A DNA stretch of 62,456 bases, counting the filler, from Porpidia crustulata (lineage: Eukaryota): assembly GCA_964255105.1 (NCBI GenBank). It is 8 parts of 8 records of this genome, joined end to end, with 100 filler letters (N's around TTAATTAATTAA, not from the genome) between each part and the next. Parts side by side here need not be neighbours in the genome. Positions count along the whole stretch, not along the records: positions 46,943 to 54,655 come from CAXUWE010001253.1; positions 54,756 to 62,456 come from CAXUWE010001254.1; 6 more parts are not named here. One strand, given 5' to 3'. This document shows positions 48,026 through 60,751 of this stretch, piece by piece (position 1 is the first letter of the stretch; each line of letters starts with the position of its first letter). The translations under genes and the position numbers were made by a program. Under the pieces are notes generated by a model that saw only the letters and a program-made list of their open reading frames with translations, was not told the DNA's origin and made no database searches.

Positions 48026-50212
48026 TCACACCTTTCCTCCTCGAAATCTGCCCCAAAGAGCTCTCGGCGTCGTTGGCGAACCCCCGGACTGTGTTTCCGG
48101 CGCCGCTTCTCCGTGCTGGCTGTTCCCGATCACCGTGCCTTTGACTTTTTGGTCCATCTTGAGCGGGGGAATCACAGTTAGCATACTCTGTTCCGTATAT
48201 TCATGATATGAAGAATGTTCGGCTCACCTGATCCAACTTGTAGTTTCTCAACAACAAGCTTAGCGGTATCAGTGGCACAGAGAGACAGACGGCGATAATG
48301 AGTAAGATATCCATCGTCTCCTGATAACTGCGGTTGATCGCCACCCTCTCCGGGCTGCTCATACTGTACGACTTCGCAAGCGTTAGGTTGCCGAATATCA
48401 GGGTGGCGTCCGCCTTTGCGGCAGGAGGCAGGTACAACGCCAGCTTCTTCGGGAGGTTTGCCGTCCAGACTGCGCCGGAGATGGCGGCTCCCACGGCCCC
48501 GCCAATCTCTACGATTGTAAGGTATATCGCCGTGGCGGCGGCGACATTGTCATGGGTGACCGAGGCTTGGACTCCCAGTTGCGCGGGCGCGTTGATCATG
48601 CCACCGCCGATGCCGACGGCGATCTGTGTGCTGACGATCTGTGAAGTTGATGAGCCCTCAACACGGTAACGGATCATCAGGCCGATGCCCAGAAGATAGA
48701 TAGCAGCACCGGTGGTGATGAAGTATTTGTAGTGGCGGGTGTACTTGATGACAATGGATATGATGATAGCGGTCACTGTCGATGTAAAGCTAAACGTCTG
48801 AGTAATATGGCCGGCAGCAGTGATGGAATCGCCTTGCACAACCTGAAGATAGGAATATAAGTATGGCTGGATGGAGGTATAGAAGACCGCTGGAGGTGCG
48901 AAACAATAGTGAGTCTTAGGTCGTAAGGACTTTTATGAAGAAGGCTTACCAAAGTAGAAGAACCCAAGAGCACATCCGGCGACTACGGTGCGATTGGTGA
49001 AAAGCCGAAGGGAGATGAAAGGGTGAGGTGCGAGGTTTCGTGAAGACTCCCAGAATGGAAAAACAACGAGACAAACGCAGCCAATGACCAGCATGGCAAT
49101 GATACTGGCATTGTGCCATCCACTCCTTGCTTTGGCAGCCAAAGTCAAAGGAATGAGGATCAAAGAGATAGCAGCAGAAAGCAATAATAGGCCCATGAGG
49201 TCGATCTCGTACCATAGATTCCTTGCTCCCGTCAGAAGCGTCCGACCCTGCCAGCGACTTTGGGGGAGTAAATGCAGCCTGGCAGCTTTTCTCATGTTCA
49301 GGAACAGAGTGAGGGCCAAGGGCAAGAAGGCTACAGGGAGGACAATGGTCCAGATTCCGTAGCCCCATCGCCACGTGGTGTGGCTAATCAGACTACTCGC
49401 AATCGGTGCACCAACCCAGACGGTGATTAAGAAGGGAATATCAGGGAGGGTTGAGAACAACGCTCGATTTCGGAGATCGCTCGTGTCGGCGATAAAAATC
49501 TGTTGCAGGATCTGGAGACCAGTGTAACCCGCCGAGTAAAAGATTTGGGCTGATGCAAATGTCTTGACGTTATTAGAGCCGGCCATCTGAATGTAGCCGA
49601 CTATGTAAAGTAGAATACTGAAGGAGAACGCCTCGAGACGGCCAAACACGTTGGCAATCTTTGCCATTGGCGGTTTGATGACAGCTTTGCTGGATCAGAA
49701 GATGCGATTGGAGGACTGGGTAGATTACCGAAGAGGGTGAAGCTCACCATTGACAACGCCTTGAACGACAAAGACGGTGGCCACGAGCGAGTGCAGCGAG
49801 AAAGCGCTGGTGGCATAGACTGTCAAATTGACCGTTGTCTGACCTTCTAGGCTAGTAAAGAATGCTAGAAGAAAAATGCTAGGGCGGGTTAGCCACAATG
49901 ATACAATTGACATCTGCCATCAAGGGATAATTAATCTTTTATATAAGCAATTAGGTTCCATAGGAATATGGTGCACAGGAAGACGTGTATACATAGTGGA
50001 AGAAGGAGAAAAGGGCAAGATCGGTTCTTGTTCGCTCACCCAACATAAGCAGAGATCAAGGACCACTTGGTCCACGTCTGGCTTATAGCCTCAATGTTCT
50101 TCACCCCATTTTGCGTCTCGTACGAGCTGATAGACGAACGATCGTCCTCGCTTCGCACGTGGTCTTGACCTTTGTCATCGGGAATCCGAATATCAGCTTG
50201 CATGTCGGCCAT
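48026..50212 (-). CDS. Siderophore-iron transporter (MFS, ARN/SIT/Mir family)
   Basis: GVKNIEAISQTWTKWSL; YATSAFSLHSLVATV; AVIKPPMAKIANVFGRLEAF; QQIFIADTSDLRNRAL; WRWGYGIW; QPYLYSYLQVV; ERVAINRSYQETM. Five exons. Confidence 0.93.
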
Positions 50213-50511
50213 GGCCTACGAAAGAAATATGATTTGGCACTCCACCCAGGATATACTCTTGACCGATCAAGCACTGAGATTCATATACAAGGCAATTGGG
50301 AAAGGACAGTAGCATTATGACTAATCGGAACAACAGGAAGGTAATTAATTATCTTTGACCAGATGATGTAAACACCCACGGACTAGGCCATGGTTCAACC
50401 CACAGTAGCTCCTGTAGCACTTTGTTAGGATATTCTCGCAGTGACGAATAGAGTCTCTTCCACGTGGGGTGAGGGGCTGTTAGGGCTGCACGCTGTTAGG
50501 GTTACTCGCCG

Positions 50512-50543
50512 GGATCTGATAAGTTTCTTCCGTTATCAGATCC
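50512..50543. promoter_or_regulatory. Paired inverted SreA/Sre1-type iron-repressor sites (ATCTGATAA x2)
   Basis: GGATCTGATAA-gtttcttccg-TTATCAGATCC is a perfect 11-bp inverted repeat, and each arm matches the ATCWGATAA consensus. It lies 300 bp upstream of the siderophore-transporter ATG. Confidence 0.85.
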
Positions 50544-51004
50544 GCTTTTAGCGTCGTCTTGTCAACGGTATCGGCAGACGGGAAAACTGCCAGAGAAAAG
50601 GGGGCGACCGGGAAGAATGGCCAAAGTAGAAGATCTATAGAAGTTGAGCATGCAAGTCGGGAGACCTTGAGAGTGCATGACACAATCCTTCGAGCTATCT
50701 CCGAATACTTCTTCTGATTCTCACTCTAGCTGCCCATTGCCTTTTGGGGAGTGTTAGGCTCGTATGCAGTGTCGTCGGATCTTCCAACTCTCCGAGACTC
50801 TCCGAGGCGGTGAATGCCTCTAGGCAGCAGTTCTCTTCTGCTACTACCTGCCTGTATAAATAGTGGTGCCACCTGTCAGTTGTATTAATCTCATAACTCT
50901 TGAGTCGTCCCGTCGATATCTTCCAATCCAATACTTCATCTTTGCAATTCTCATACCTTTTGACCCCAACAGCCAGGCCACCCCAGAGTGATCAATGAAA
51001 TATA

Positions 51005-51462
51005 ATGGCAACGCCTCAACCCCCCGAGAAGATCTGGTACGAGGCTAGCTGCCACTGTGGAGCAATACAGTATAAGTTCAAGATCCCTTCCATCGAGGAA
51101 GCCCAGATCACCAACTGCAATTGCTCCATTTGCGTTAAGAACGGCTACTTGAATCTTTACCCACTCCGCGAGGATATCGTCTTCCATTCCGGCAAAGACC
51201 AGATGAAAAGCTATCACTTTAAATCGGGCGAGAAGAGCCACATGTTTTGTCCCTCCTGCGGTTCTTCGCTGATGATCGACTTTCACGATAAGCTGCGCGA
51301 GTACTTTCATGCCGATGTGCTGGCAGTAAATGTATACTTCGTTGAATCCGACATCTCCTTTTTTTGATGGTCGATACTAACGATATGAAGGTGCGAATGA
51401 TCAAGGAAATTGACGTGGACAAGCTTAATTTGAGGCAATTCGATGGGAAGAATCTTCTATAG
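51005..51462 (+). CDS. GFA / CENP-V (Mss4-like) zinc-binding protein
   Basis: ASCHCGAI...CNCSICVKNGYL...HMFCPSCGSSL...LAVN|VRMIKEIDVDKL..FDGK; intron 51332-51390. Confidence 0.92.
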
Positions 51463-51996
51463 CGCCTTCTATGACATGAGGTATTCTCGAGTTGTCAACG
51501 TCGCCACTTAGTACCTATTCTCGAGTCTATTCGGCAAATGCTGCTTCACTGACTCATTCATAGGTAAATCCTGGCAGAAAGACCTTCACTATTTTCTGGG
51601 TACATAGTGTAGTCGAAGTCTGGAATACATATTGATAGTATAATATATCGCATATCAATGAAGTACCATACATTGGCAACATGAAGGTGATGAAAGACAT
51701 CTATAGGTTTGCTCTCGAATTGATTGAGAAGTCGGTTAATTGAATCATTTCGAGGCGCTCTTTTTTAATATTCTAGTCCACCCCTCTTCACAAAACGGCA
51801 AATTCGTCAATCACCTTTATTCACATGAATCTATATCTGTTCACCATCAAATTACAAATTGGACTTCCTTTTATGGCAGGAAGAATTTTCTATTCTCAAA
51901 AATGCCTCCTTACCCATCTTGCATTGTATCCCGTCTCTTAGCCCGTCTCTCAGCAAATATTTTCTTCAATTCTTGCCGGGCTTCTGCTACACCACA

Positions 51997-52954
51997 ATGC
52001 CGCAAATACTCTATGTTGTATACAGCCGACGCGAATTCTGGGTGCCCGAACCGGCAACGAAGATGCTGAAAAAGTTTGAAGCAAAGGTTGGCAAGATCGG
52101 AAGCTTTCAGAATGTCAAAGACGCGAATAGATATGCCGGGAAGGTCTTTGAGCGCTCTCCCCTCACTACGGCTATTGTCAGCGAACACCAAGTTTGGGAT
52201 CACATTGAGAAGTGTGGATGCACGGCCTACACTCAAATGATTCCGGTCATGACCAAGCAAGGCAGAGTCGAAGTTACATTGTTTGTTCAAGAGGAAATCC
52301 TTTACGAAGATAGCCAGGATTCCACCTTTCTGCCACCCTCCTGGATAGCTCTGAACCCAAGAAAACCAAATAGAGGCCTCAATTGTCGTGGTTCGCAGGC
52401 CTTGATTCCGCCAGCAGGAGCTGCTGTTACGCTGAACTCGGAGGACCTTGTCCCCCGTCAGAATAACTATGTTTCTTCTATCGAGGACAGGGTTATGAGT
52501 GACCACTGGAGCTCAGGTGATGGATTGCTGCCTCAGCGGCCACCTCTCCGGATAAATTCAAGCTCAGGAACATCAGGTTTGGAATTATCCGACTCCAGAC
52601 AAAACACGCACCCGCGAACATCCGACTCTGAAAAATCCGACTCGTGCTTCCCAGACCCGGGATTGTGGCAATCAGAGGAAGCAGACTTCCAAGAGCTATT
52701 TCTAGATCACCTATCTACCGCTGCCCCTAGTATCGACAGCATTGCGATGGATGTCTGCTTAGATTGCCTAGAGTGAGTCATTAGACGTCCTTCCAAATAA
52801 TCAATCAGCTGACGTTTCAAGGTTCAACCATAGTACAAAATTATACCACAATGTCGGATGTAGCTCTTGTTCGGAAACCTCTGATCCTACTACTATGGAG
52901 AATGAAGCTACAAACCAAGCTTTTACTGGCGGTGACACACCAGGTCTTGATTAG
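51997..52954 (+). CDS. Hypothetical protein with a C-terminal CxxC...CxxC motif
   Basis: A ~260-codon open frame from ATG 51997. A GTGAGT donor at ~52772 and a GCTGAC...AAG acceptor at ~52821 join VCLDCLE to FNHSTKLYHNVGCSSCSE, with the stop at 52952-52954. No family recognised. Confidence 0.5.
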
Positions 52955-53365
52955 TGGTCATCTTCCAGCAGGCGGTCGGATCGTCTCAAAGCTATCATGA
53001 ATATTCAAAGCTTATTGTATGAGATGACTGACTCAACCAATGGGCCAGTGAACCAGTACCGAGGCAGATGATCCTTAGAGCCTGAGCGAGAGAACAGACG
53101 GTAAGGGAATCAGGCCAAGGGACTCGATTCAAAGAGGGTTTCGATGATAGAGGTGGTATTGGCTTGTCATTCTACCAGGGAAGGATGCGATAGGAGTGCA
53201 ATATTAGAGCTCGGTATTTACGATGGAGTGTTTTCGAGCGCAGATTTTTTTCCAACGGGTTAATTACTGCCCTTTCTATTCAATTCTCGAGCATTTATAC
53301 TCGTATATCCAGGTACTTTGACGATGAAGAGGTTCGACGCCTACGGAATTCGGTCTCGGCGATAC

Positions 53366-54134
53366 TTATGCCTCTGGATTTGAATCCGTATCATTACTCG
53401 CACTGCACCCCACGGTGCTGTTCTGTTTGATGACGCAACCACCGTTGCTAAAGATACCGGGAGGAATTCCTGCCGGGCTGTTCTCGTATAGATTCAAAAC
53501 CTCTTCGAACTGTGATTCCGTCTCCCAAATGAATATTGTAAGTATAGGACTTGCAGTCACTACTACTTATAGATATTGTCAGCCGTCGAGATTCCAAGAT
53601 GCATTCACATCTAGAGGTCCGGCCTTACGCGACTCAATCACGACTGCCCCTCCAGCTGCTTGCTGGGAAATGCAAACGTTCACCAATTCTATTGCAGCAA
53701 ATCTGATACGGCCCCAGTCGCTCACATGTGTCGCTGGATCGATTTTCCCGATGCCTGAAGAATACATCAGGAGTCCGACGTTGCAGCCACCTTGGATGAC
53801 GAGTCAGATGGTCTGAGTTTCGAGTCTTTTATGGGCTGCATTTAAACTCACCATTACTCCAATATCTGGGCACCTGTATGACTGAAGATTGAAGAGGGTT
53901 CCTGATCCCGGGCCAATATTTTCCTTGCGAGCGCAGCTGTTCCTCATCAAACATGCGTAATCGTCGATCCCCCCAGTCTGGCATAGTCTGCAATAGCCTC
54001 AGGCATGGAGCCAGAGATGGTGCGCCAAAGGTACTTTTTTTGCAAATTATTTGCGAAGATGTGACAAAAGAAACGACGAAAATTGCGTAAAGAAAACCGT
54101 GAAGCAACGAGTCAACCAGCACCATTCTCACCAT
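53366..54134 (-). CDS. Small secreted cysteine-containing protein (effector-like)
   Basis: Three exons: hydrophobic leader FLYAIFVVSFVTS; ICKKSTFGAPSLAPCLRLLQTMP...QVPRYWSN|GGCNVGLL...SDWGRIRFAAIELVNVC....AGG..|..PILTIFIW. Six Cys in total. Confidence 0.75.
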
Positions 54135-54566
54135 TGGAAGGAATTATCAGCAAACATGGCGGTGTCTGAGATTGATGCCTTCATAGATGATCATCTATGT
54201 GGACATATGCTTAAGTCTCAAGCAAAGACATACTAGGTACGCTACGTGACACCATCGCACCGGAACAGGCGGTGAGGTCTTTACATCATACGCGCTATCA
54301 GTCACTCCGAAAAGCCCAAAGTAGAATATCAAATCTCCAAACAACATGCGCATGCGACCTTTCAGAACGACTGATAAGGTCCACGGACGAATCCTCGCGC
54401 AGCGGCAAACATCATGAAACAAGTCCTAAACCACGGCGACTTATATCCGACCGATTCGTCCTACGCCCCTGAAAGCCATTCACATGCCAGAACACCATCC
54501 CAACACTACCTTAATCCCCGTCCCCGAAGCCAAACCCCCAAATATCCCTCCCGAGCCGCCTCAGCC

Positions 54567-54655
54567 ATGAGGCCAACGTCTCTGCTCCTCACCTCCCTTC
54601 TCCTTCCCACCCCCTTCGCTCACTTCTGGCACATCTGTAACCAGCACCTCTATGG
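54567..54655 (+). CDS. 5' fragment of a second small secreted protein, truncated by the contig end
   Basis: gccATG then MRPTSLLLTSLLLPTPFAHFWHICNQHLY(G): a signal-like leader followed by IC-x4-YG, which parallels IC-x4-FG in the divergent neighbour. Confidence 0.5.
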
Positions 54656-54755
54656 NNNNNNNNNNNNNNNNNNNNNNNNNNNNNNNNNNNNNNNNNNNNT
54701 TAATTAATTAANNNNNNNNNNNNNNNNNNNNNNNNNNNNNNNNNNNNNNNNNNNN
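54656..54755. other. Artificial contig linker
   Basis: N44-TTAATTAATTAA-N44. Confidence 0.99.
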
Positions 54756-56587
54756 CTCATCACGCGCTGCTCGCGGAGCCGCGCCCCGTCCACCTCGGCG
54801 AAGTAGCCGTGCTTGTAGATCTCGCCGATGTTCTTGAAGCGCCTGGATTTCCCCGCGACGCAGCGCGTGATGAGGTCCCAGGTCCGGGGGGACAGGAAGT
54901 AGTTGGGGTCTTCGAACTTGGGTTTCTTGAACGCTTTCTCCCACCGGCGCAGGTTCTGCCATGTTTCTTCGACGGTGGAGCCGGCGAAAGGGGGGTATCC
55001 AGATAGGGCTTCGAAGAGCATGCAGCCGAGCGACCAGTAGTCGACCGTGAAGTCATACTCCTCTCCCTTCAATACTTCAGGGGCCATGTAGTCGGGAGAC
55101 CCCACGATAGACTTTGCATAGTTGACTTCGCGGTCACGCAAGGTGCGGTATCCTTCACGACGCTCGGCAACGGACCGTTGATCCATGGGCGTGCCGAACG
55201 GAACGGAAATGTTACCAACCTCTTCAAGCTTGATGCGCATCGATTCAAGTTTGATAGGGGACAGCATACCAGCTGCGAGTCCAAAGTCCGTGAGTTTGAC
55301 GTGGCCGGTAGAATCGATTAGGAAATTCTCCGGCTTAAGGTCGCGATGGATATAGCCAAGCTGGTGGAGAGCGTCTACGCAGCAAAACATCTCGGCAATG
55401 TAGAAGCGGCAATGACGGTTATGGAGTACACCGGTGTTATTGAGCAGAGTACGAAAGTCTCCCCCGGGAACATATTCCTATAATGTCTCAGTTTGTTTTG
55501 CTTCCGGTGGATCTTACTTACCATTGCTAGGTAGATACTCTTTTCGTCTTGGAACGCATATAGTAACTTCACCAACCAATCGCTCTTCGCCGCAGTCAAG
55601 ATGTCTCTCTCCGTCAAGATGTGCCTGATCTCATCCAATTTGAAGAGCAGCTTTTTGCTCATAACTTTTAACGCACAGACCTCCCTTGTGTCCTTCTTCG
55701 ATGCCAAGTAGACTTGCCCATATCCACCTTGTCCCACCTGAGTGAGGATCTGGAAATCGCCATGTCGTAGTCTTGTACGACGCTTGCGTAAATTTGCTCG
55801 CTCTCTACCCATGTACTTTTGTCGTGCTGCATTGTATTCTTCGTGAGAGGTAGCTGGTGGAGATGGGAACTCGGCATCAAAGGCGGCCGTACGATTTTGT
55901 CGATTATGGACGTAGCTGAGAAGATCAAAGTAATGGTCGAGGAAATCTAGTCCCGTTAGAACGCTTCCGGTAATGTTCCATCACAGACTCACAAAGCTGA
56001 GTAACGTTCGCAAGGCGTTTCACTTTTGGCAACTGCAATTTCTCGAGTTCCTCAGGAGTCAAGCCTCGATGTGGATTATATCGACTCTTACTAGCAGTCT
56101 CATCCCTCGATTGATACGGCTCCTGACGGCTGACAGCAGCCTGATTCGGCGTTCCAGGCTTACCTAGCCGGATGCCTGGCGGTGTGTTTTCCTTATTCGA
56201 TTTCCTGACTGGACTTCCAGGCCCTGGGAGGTAGTCCTGGTGAATGGTGTTCTCGTCTAAACTCTCATCCCCAGCTTGTCTAGCACCCTTATTTGGAGAG
56301 TGAGGGCTTAGCTGCTGTCTCCCAATCTTTGTCGGACTGGGAGGGGCAAGTCTCATAGCGTTATCAAAAACATTGGGCAAATCATTGGCTCCTGGAGGCA
56401 ATTGCTTCTTACTCGGACTACCTTGCGGTGTGTTATATGGCGATGTAAATCCTGTAGTTGTGGGTGTTATGGGCGCATCATAGAGCTCGTTACCAGAGCG
56501 TGTGTGCAGGAGAGGAGGAGGCATCGGCAATGTAAAATCGGCTTTCTTCGCTCCCAACGAAGGTGATAATGGGCCATGGGCTGCCAT
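54756..56587 (-). CDS. SID2/DBF2: NDR-family SIN/MEN kinase Sid2/Dbf2; 3' truncated
   Basis: KVKRLANVTQL|YFLDHYFDLL; GRERANLRKRRTRLRHGDFQILTQVGQGGYGQVYLA; HRDLKPENFL; DFGLA; YAKSIVGSPDYMAPE. Confidence 0.96.
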
Positions 56588-57843
56588 GGCTGAGATTTTC
56601 GCAAATCTGCTGCAGCGGGGTCTGATCGGTCTATGAGTTCGCTGGTTCTTGCAGCACGCCTTACGGCGGATCGAGTATTCAGATGGGAGATACCAAATGC
56701 TACAGCGGGCTTTGGCTTGTTATATTGAGTGCTTGACGCTCGATTGTATAAATTGAATCTTGGTTGGGTGATAGTATTGGTGAATTGACGAGTACAATGC
56801 ACTTGGTGTTTACTGTGGGAAGCGTTGGCCGCGCAACCATCACAGTACGTCAAGGAAGGGGCATTTCTCTTCGACCGTCACTTTCCGTTCTATCATCCAT
56901 TACCCAAGACGACAGTGACAAGTACAATCTCCAGGTTGCAGAGAATCGATTGTCACATTTGGAATTGTGCGACTTCCTTTGCACAGAATTGTCAATCAAG
57001 TGCTACGATTGGAACAGCTTGTCTGCTCCATCGTAATGTCGTTCAGAGACTGCGCCTGGATATACGACTTCCCCCTTGACTATAAGCTGGAGAAATCAAC
57101 GGCCGCTAAATGAACGACTTGATTTCTAAAAGCCTGGAAGACGTGATCTGATGGGAAGAAAGGGACAAAATTGCCTACCCGTTGGGCCCGAGTCTTCGCG
57201 CTTTTCACCGCTTCGAAGTCCTACCCTGGATCGCAAATTCCTCAGGTCGTCGAAGCTGCCATGAGGCCTCGACGCAGCATAACTACGATTCGCTCATTTC
57301 AGTCGTAGAGAGTATAACAAAGACAGGTAGAGTAGTACCAAAACATGGGTTTTACTTTGCCATACATACTGTGCTGGCCTTTTATTAACATCTAAGAGCA
57401 TCAGCACGATGTGGGTAGTAGTTGGTCTCGTGCTAATGTAGAGACGAGGACAAGATCTCGCCTGCACCCATTACTGCAGTAATTATGCCGTCTTAATGAT
57501 ATACATATGGTCTGCTCGCCAGGTATCCGACGCGTAGAAACGGCTCCTTCTACCCTTGGATATCGTTCGTTTGGAAAATTCAATCCATTCTCTCCTACCT
57601 ATCTACCTTTTCAGCATATAAAGACTGAATCACTAGCCTCATCCCAGAGTCATTCCTATTCTTAAAGTTGAATTAGTCTTGACCTACTAAGCTGGCGCGT
57701 CATGTCTCCTGTAAGCCGCGTCAAGTCTATTCTCTCGTTGTTCTTTGCCCCCTTCAAAATCATCCGTATTGTACTGCAGGTTTCACCTCTCTACGGCTCT
57801 CGGCAATTTGCAAGGTTTGTGATAGTCATCACACAGAGCCGCA

Positions 57844-60316
57844 ATGTTCTACAGTCACGAGAGTACGTAGTGTTGTCGTTTCCTTGTAATGAAGGATACG
57901 GGTGGCTGACCGTCGTGCTGTGTAGTTCTCACTTCGCGTGAGGGAGGAGTGGCCACAGTATGGTAGGATCTAGGGAATCTCAACTATCTACATAGCCATC
58001 ACGAAGCTCATCTCTACAGGCTCGTTGCAACCCTAGGGTCAAAGTCAAATTTGAAGAAGGTCAACCGTAAAGCCATTCTGGATGTTGACGTATCAAAGAC
58101 ATGCAAGATAATTACTACCCCTGAAGCTCCGATGGCCCTGCGACTACAAAGTAACCTGCTGTAAATCCGTCGATACCTACTTCTATATTTACGTATGCTG
58201 ACAGATTACAGATATGGTGTCTCAAGTGTCTTCTCCCAACAGTGCGGATATGTTCTGTCAGACGCGCAGATGGCTCAGAATAACATGAGAACGCTTCTTA
58301 AAGTTGTGCGCACTGCAGAGCTTGATCCTAACGCTGGGAGAGCGCGGTATGTCACAGACGATACTCAATCGGGTTCTACCATTGACATCATCTGTAGTCC
58401 AGACCAACTCATGTTAGAGGATGACCCAGCCTTTCTCCCGGATTTCCCGGGTCTCGACATTGACTTGTCAGCACTTGACATATCTACCGACGGATCATCT
58501 CGTCGTTCCAGCCTCTTATCGCCGCATTCTCTTCGGTCAAGCCTCTCAAGTAATCAAGATAGCGATGAGTCATTGCTCGGCCTCATTATACCTACTTCAG
58601 ATACCGGAGGAGCGGGTGATTTTGGTGGATTTGATCTTCCAGGTGATGATCGTGCTTCAGCTCGACCTAGCTCTAGACTTCGGGGCCTACTCGAAGATGA
58701 AGAAGAGGGCTTCAATCTTGACCCCGGATTCACTATTGACGTAGATGGCACTGTTGTTCTCACCGGGCAAGACCAACCGCAGGCAACATCGGCAGCAGCC
58801 GAGATGAGAATTGGTAGCGAATCTGCTGTGAGCGCTCGCGTCAGGCAGGAGCTTGAGGAGGGCCGCCAAGCATTGCAGCTAGATGTAGGTAGCCCGCCAT
58901 CAGCCAAAACGTGCATACTGACCTTGACTAGCTGGCTGGAGCCATGGACCTGGATCTGGACCTTCCACAGCTCGATGATCACGGGATCCTTCTCCCTGAC
59001 GCCGAGGCATTTCCTGCGATGATACCCCAAGTCCCAGTTGGGCTAAAGTTTTTAGGGTCTTCTTCGATCGTTCCGGAGGAAGAAGAATCTTCTGAATCCG
59101 CTGAAGCTCCTCAGCGTCGTAAAGCTCGCGAACCACGAGAATTGACAATGGATGTAACGCAGGGACTCCGGAATACAGATCTGGCGGAGTGGAATAATAA
59201 TTACGTTGCTAACATGGCTACTGTAGCCCATAGTAAGGCGCAGCACAAGGCCCCAGCGCTGTCGAAGAAGAACGCCGTGTTTTGGGTCACTGGAAGTGGC
59301 ATCGGTGGTGTAGGCTCTGGACTAGGAAGCTCCAAGTTCCCGAGTCCCCTCAATATGTTTGCCGGAGACCAGTTGATGCAAGCTTTGTTAGGATTAGAAG
59401 CATCTGTAGTAGGGAAGAAGAGATCTCACGATAAGGAAAATGGCGATGATTCCGACAGTGAAGGGCGGCGAGTGCGGATAAGGGAAGGCGATAGCGAGCA
59501 AATTGGCCGTGGGCAAGATATCATCCTGGATGACGATGATGCAATTGGGATGATTGGTAGTGAAGTAAGGTCCTATCGTGCTTGTGTAATAATAGATAAT
59601 TGATCCGAGTTTAGGGCATTGAAGTTGGTCGTGACGCTCCGCCAGCGCTCGAGGAACAATCATCTCAATTTCCATGGAATATAAGCGCTTCTATGGGGGG
59701 CTCTCGCCAAGGCTCATCTGCGCGAGGTCGCGGCTTTGGTGGCAGTATTGGTGACTTTGCTTCCAGTGCTGGAGCTCAAGGATCTCTTCCCGGGACAGGA
59801 AGAATGCCCGGCTCGCTTGATCGACGCGCCAGTCGAATCACAAGTGCCAGTCCATTGCTTGGGCGAGGGACACAAAGGTTCAGCAGTATCGAACTACCTC
59901 CACACGACGACGATGACGATCTTCTAGGTGGTCCCGGAGGCTCGTCTTCGCATTCGGCTGCTGATGACTTTCAGCTTTACGGTCCAGCTGCGCAAGTCAG
60001 CACTCAGACCGCAGCAGAGTCTCAATGGATGAAGGCAGCATTGGACCAGGAGAGTAGCAATTTCTTAGAGTTTGTGAAGTCCGAGGTGTCTACCAGATTA
60101 CCCACATTACCGGAAGGAGAAGAGCTCCAGGACGACGCCCGTCTACATCAACCAATACTGTTCGAAGAATTATTGCCACCGGCACGGCACACTAAGATCG
60201 TTGCAGCTCAGGCTCTTCATCACGTACTTGCTCTGGCGACAAGGGGCTTGATCAATGTCCGACAAGAAGATAGAGACTATGGGCCGATCGAATTAGGTCT
60301 TCGCACGGATGCTTGA
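57844..60316 (+). CDS. REC8: Meiotic cohesin kleisin subunit Rec8 (Rad21/Rec8 family)
   Basis: MFYSHE|ILTSREGGVATVW|LVATLGSKSNLKKVNRKAILDVDV...PEAPMALRLQSNLL|YGVS; C-terminal winged helix LDQESSNFLEFV...FEELLPP..HTKIVAAQALHHVLALATRGLINVRQE..YGPI. Confidence 0.9.
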
Positions 60317-60751
60317 CGGGGAGATTTGATGTTCATTGTATTTCCATTTACCATCACATACCTTTGCTATTTGCTTCGCTATCTCATATCTTTCTTACAC
60401 CTCGCTTCATTGTTGCTTGATACATGTTTCTGAAGAGTGGCGTCTTCTTGTCTATCTGATCGTCGTTGTCAAAAAATGTAAAATACCTATGTTGCTTAGT
60501 GTTATTTGTTTTTGCTTAATAGAAATCAATTGCCTTAGCTCATATGTTCGTGTACAATCTCATCCTCACGTGATGTCATCCGGAAATAACGGCTTTAACT
60601 GAACCGTCAGAGCTCGGGATAACTTTGCGGGGTACTCCGTATAGTGTTGACAAACATACAATATCTTCGTTGACTGTCTCTACAGTGTCTCAGCATCATT
60701 ATTGTGATATTTTCATTACCTTATATCCAATTAATCAACACCAAGCACGAA

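Noticed and set aside
2030..50212. NRPS-like gene, laccase and siderophore transporter as one biosynthetic cluster
   Set aside because: They lie on three unrelated contigs.
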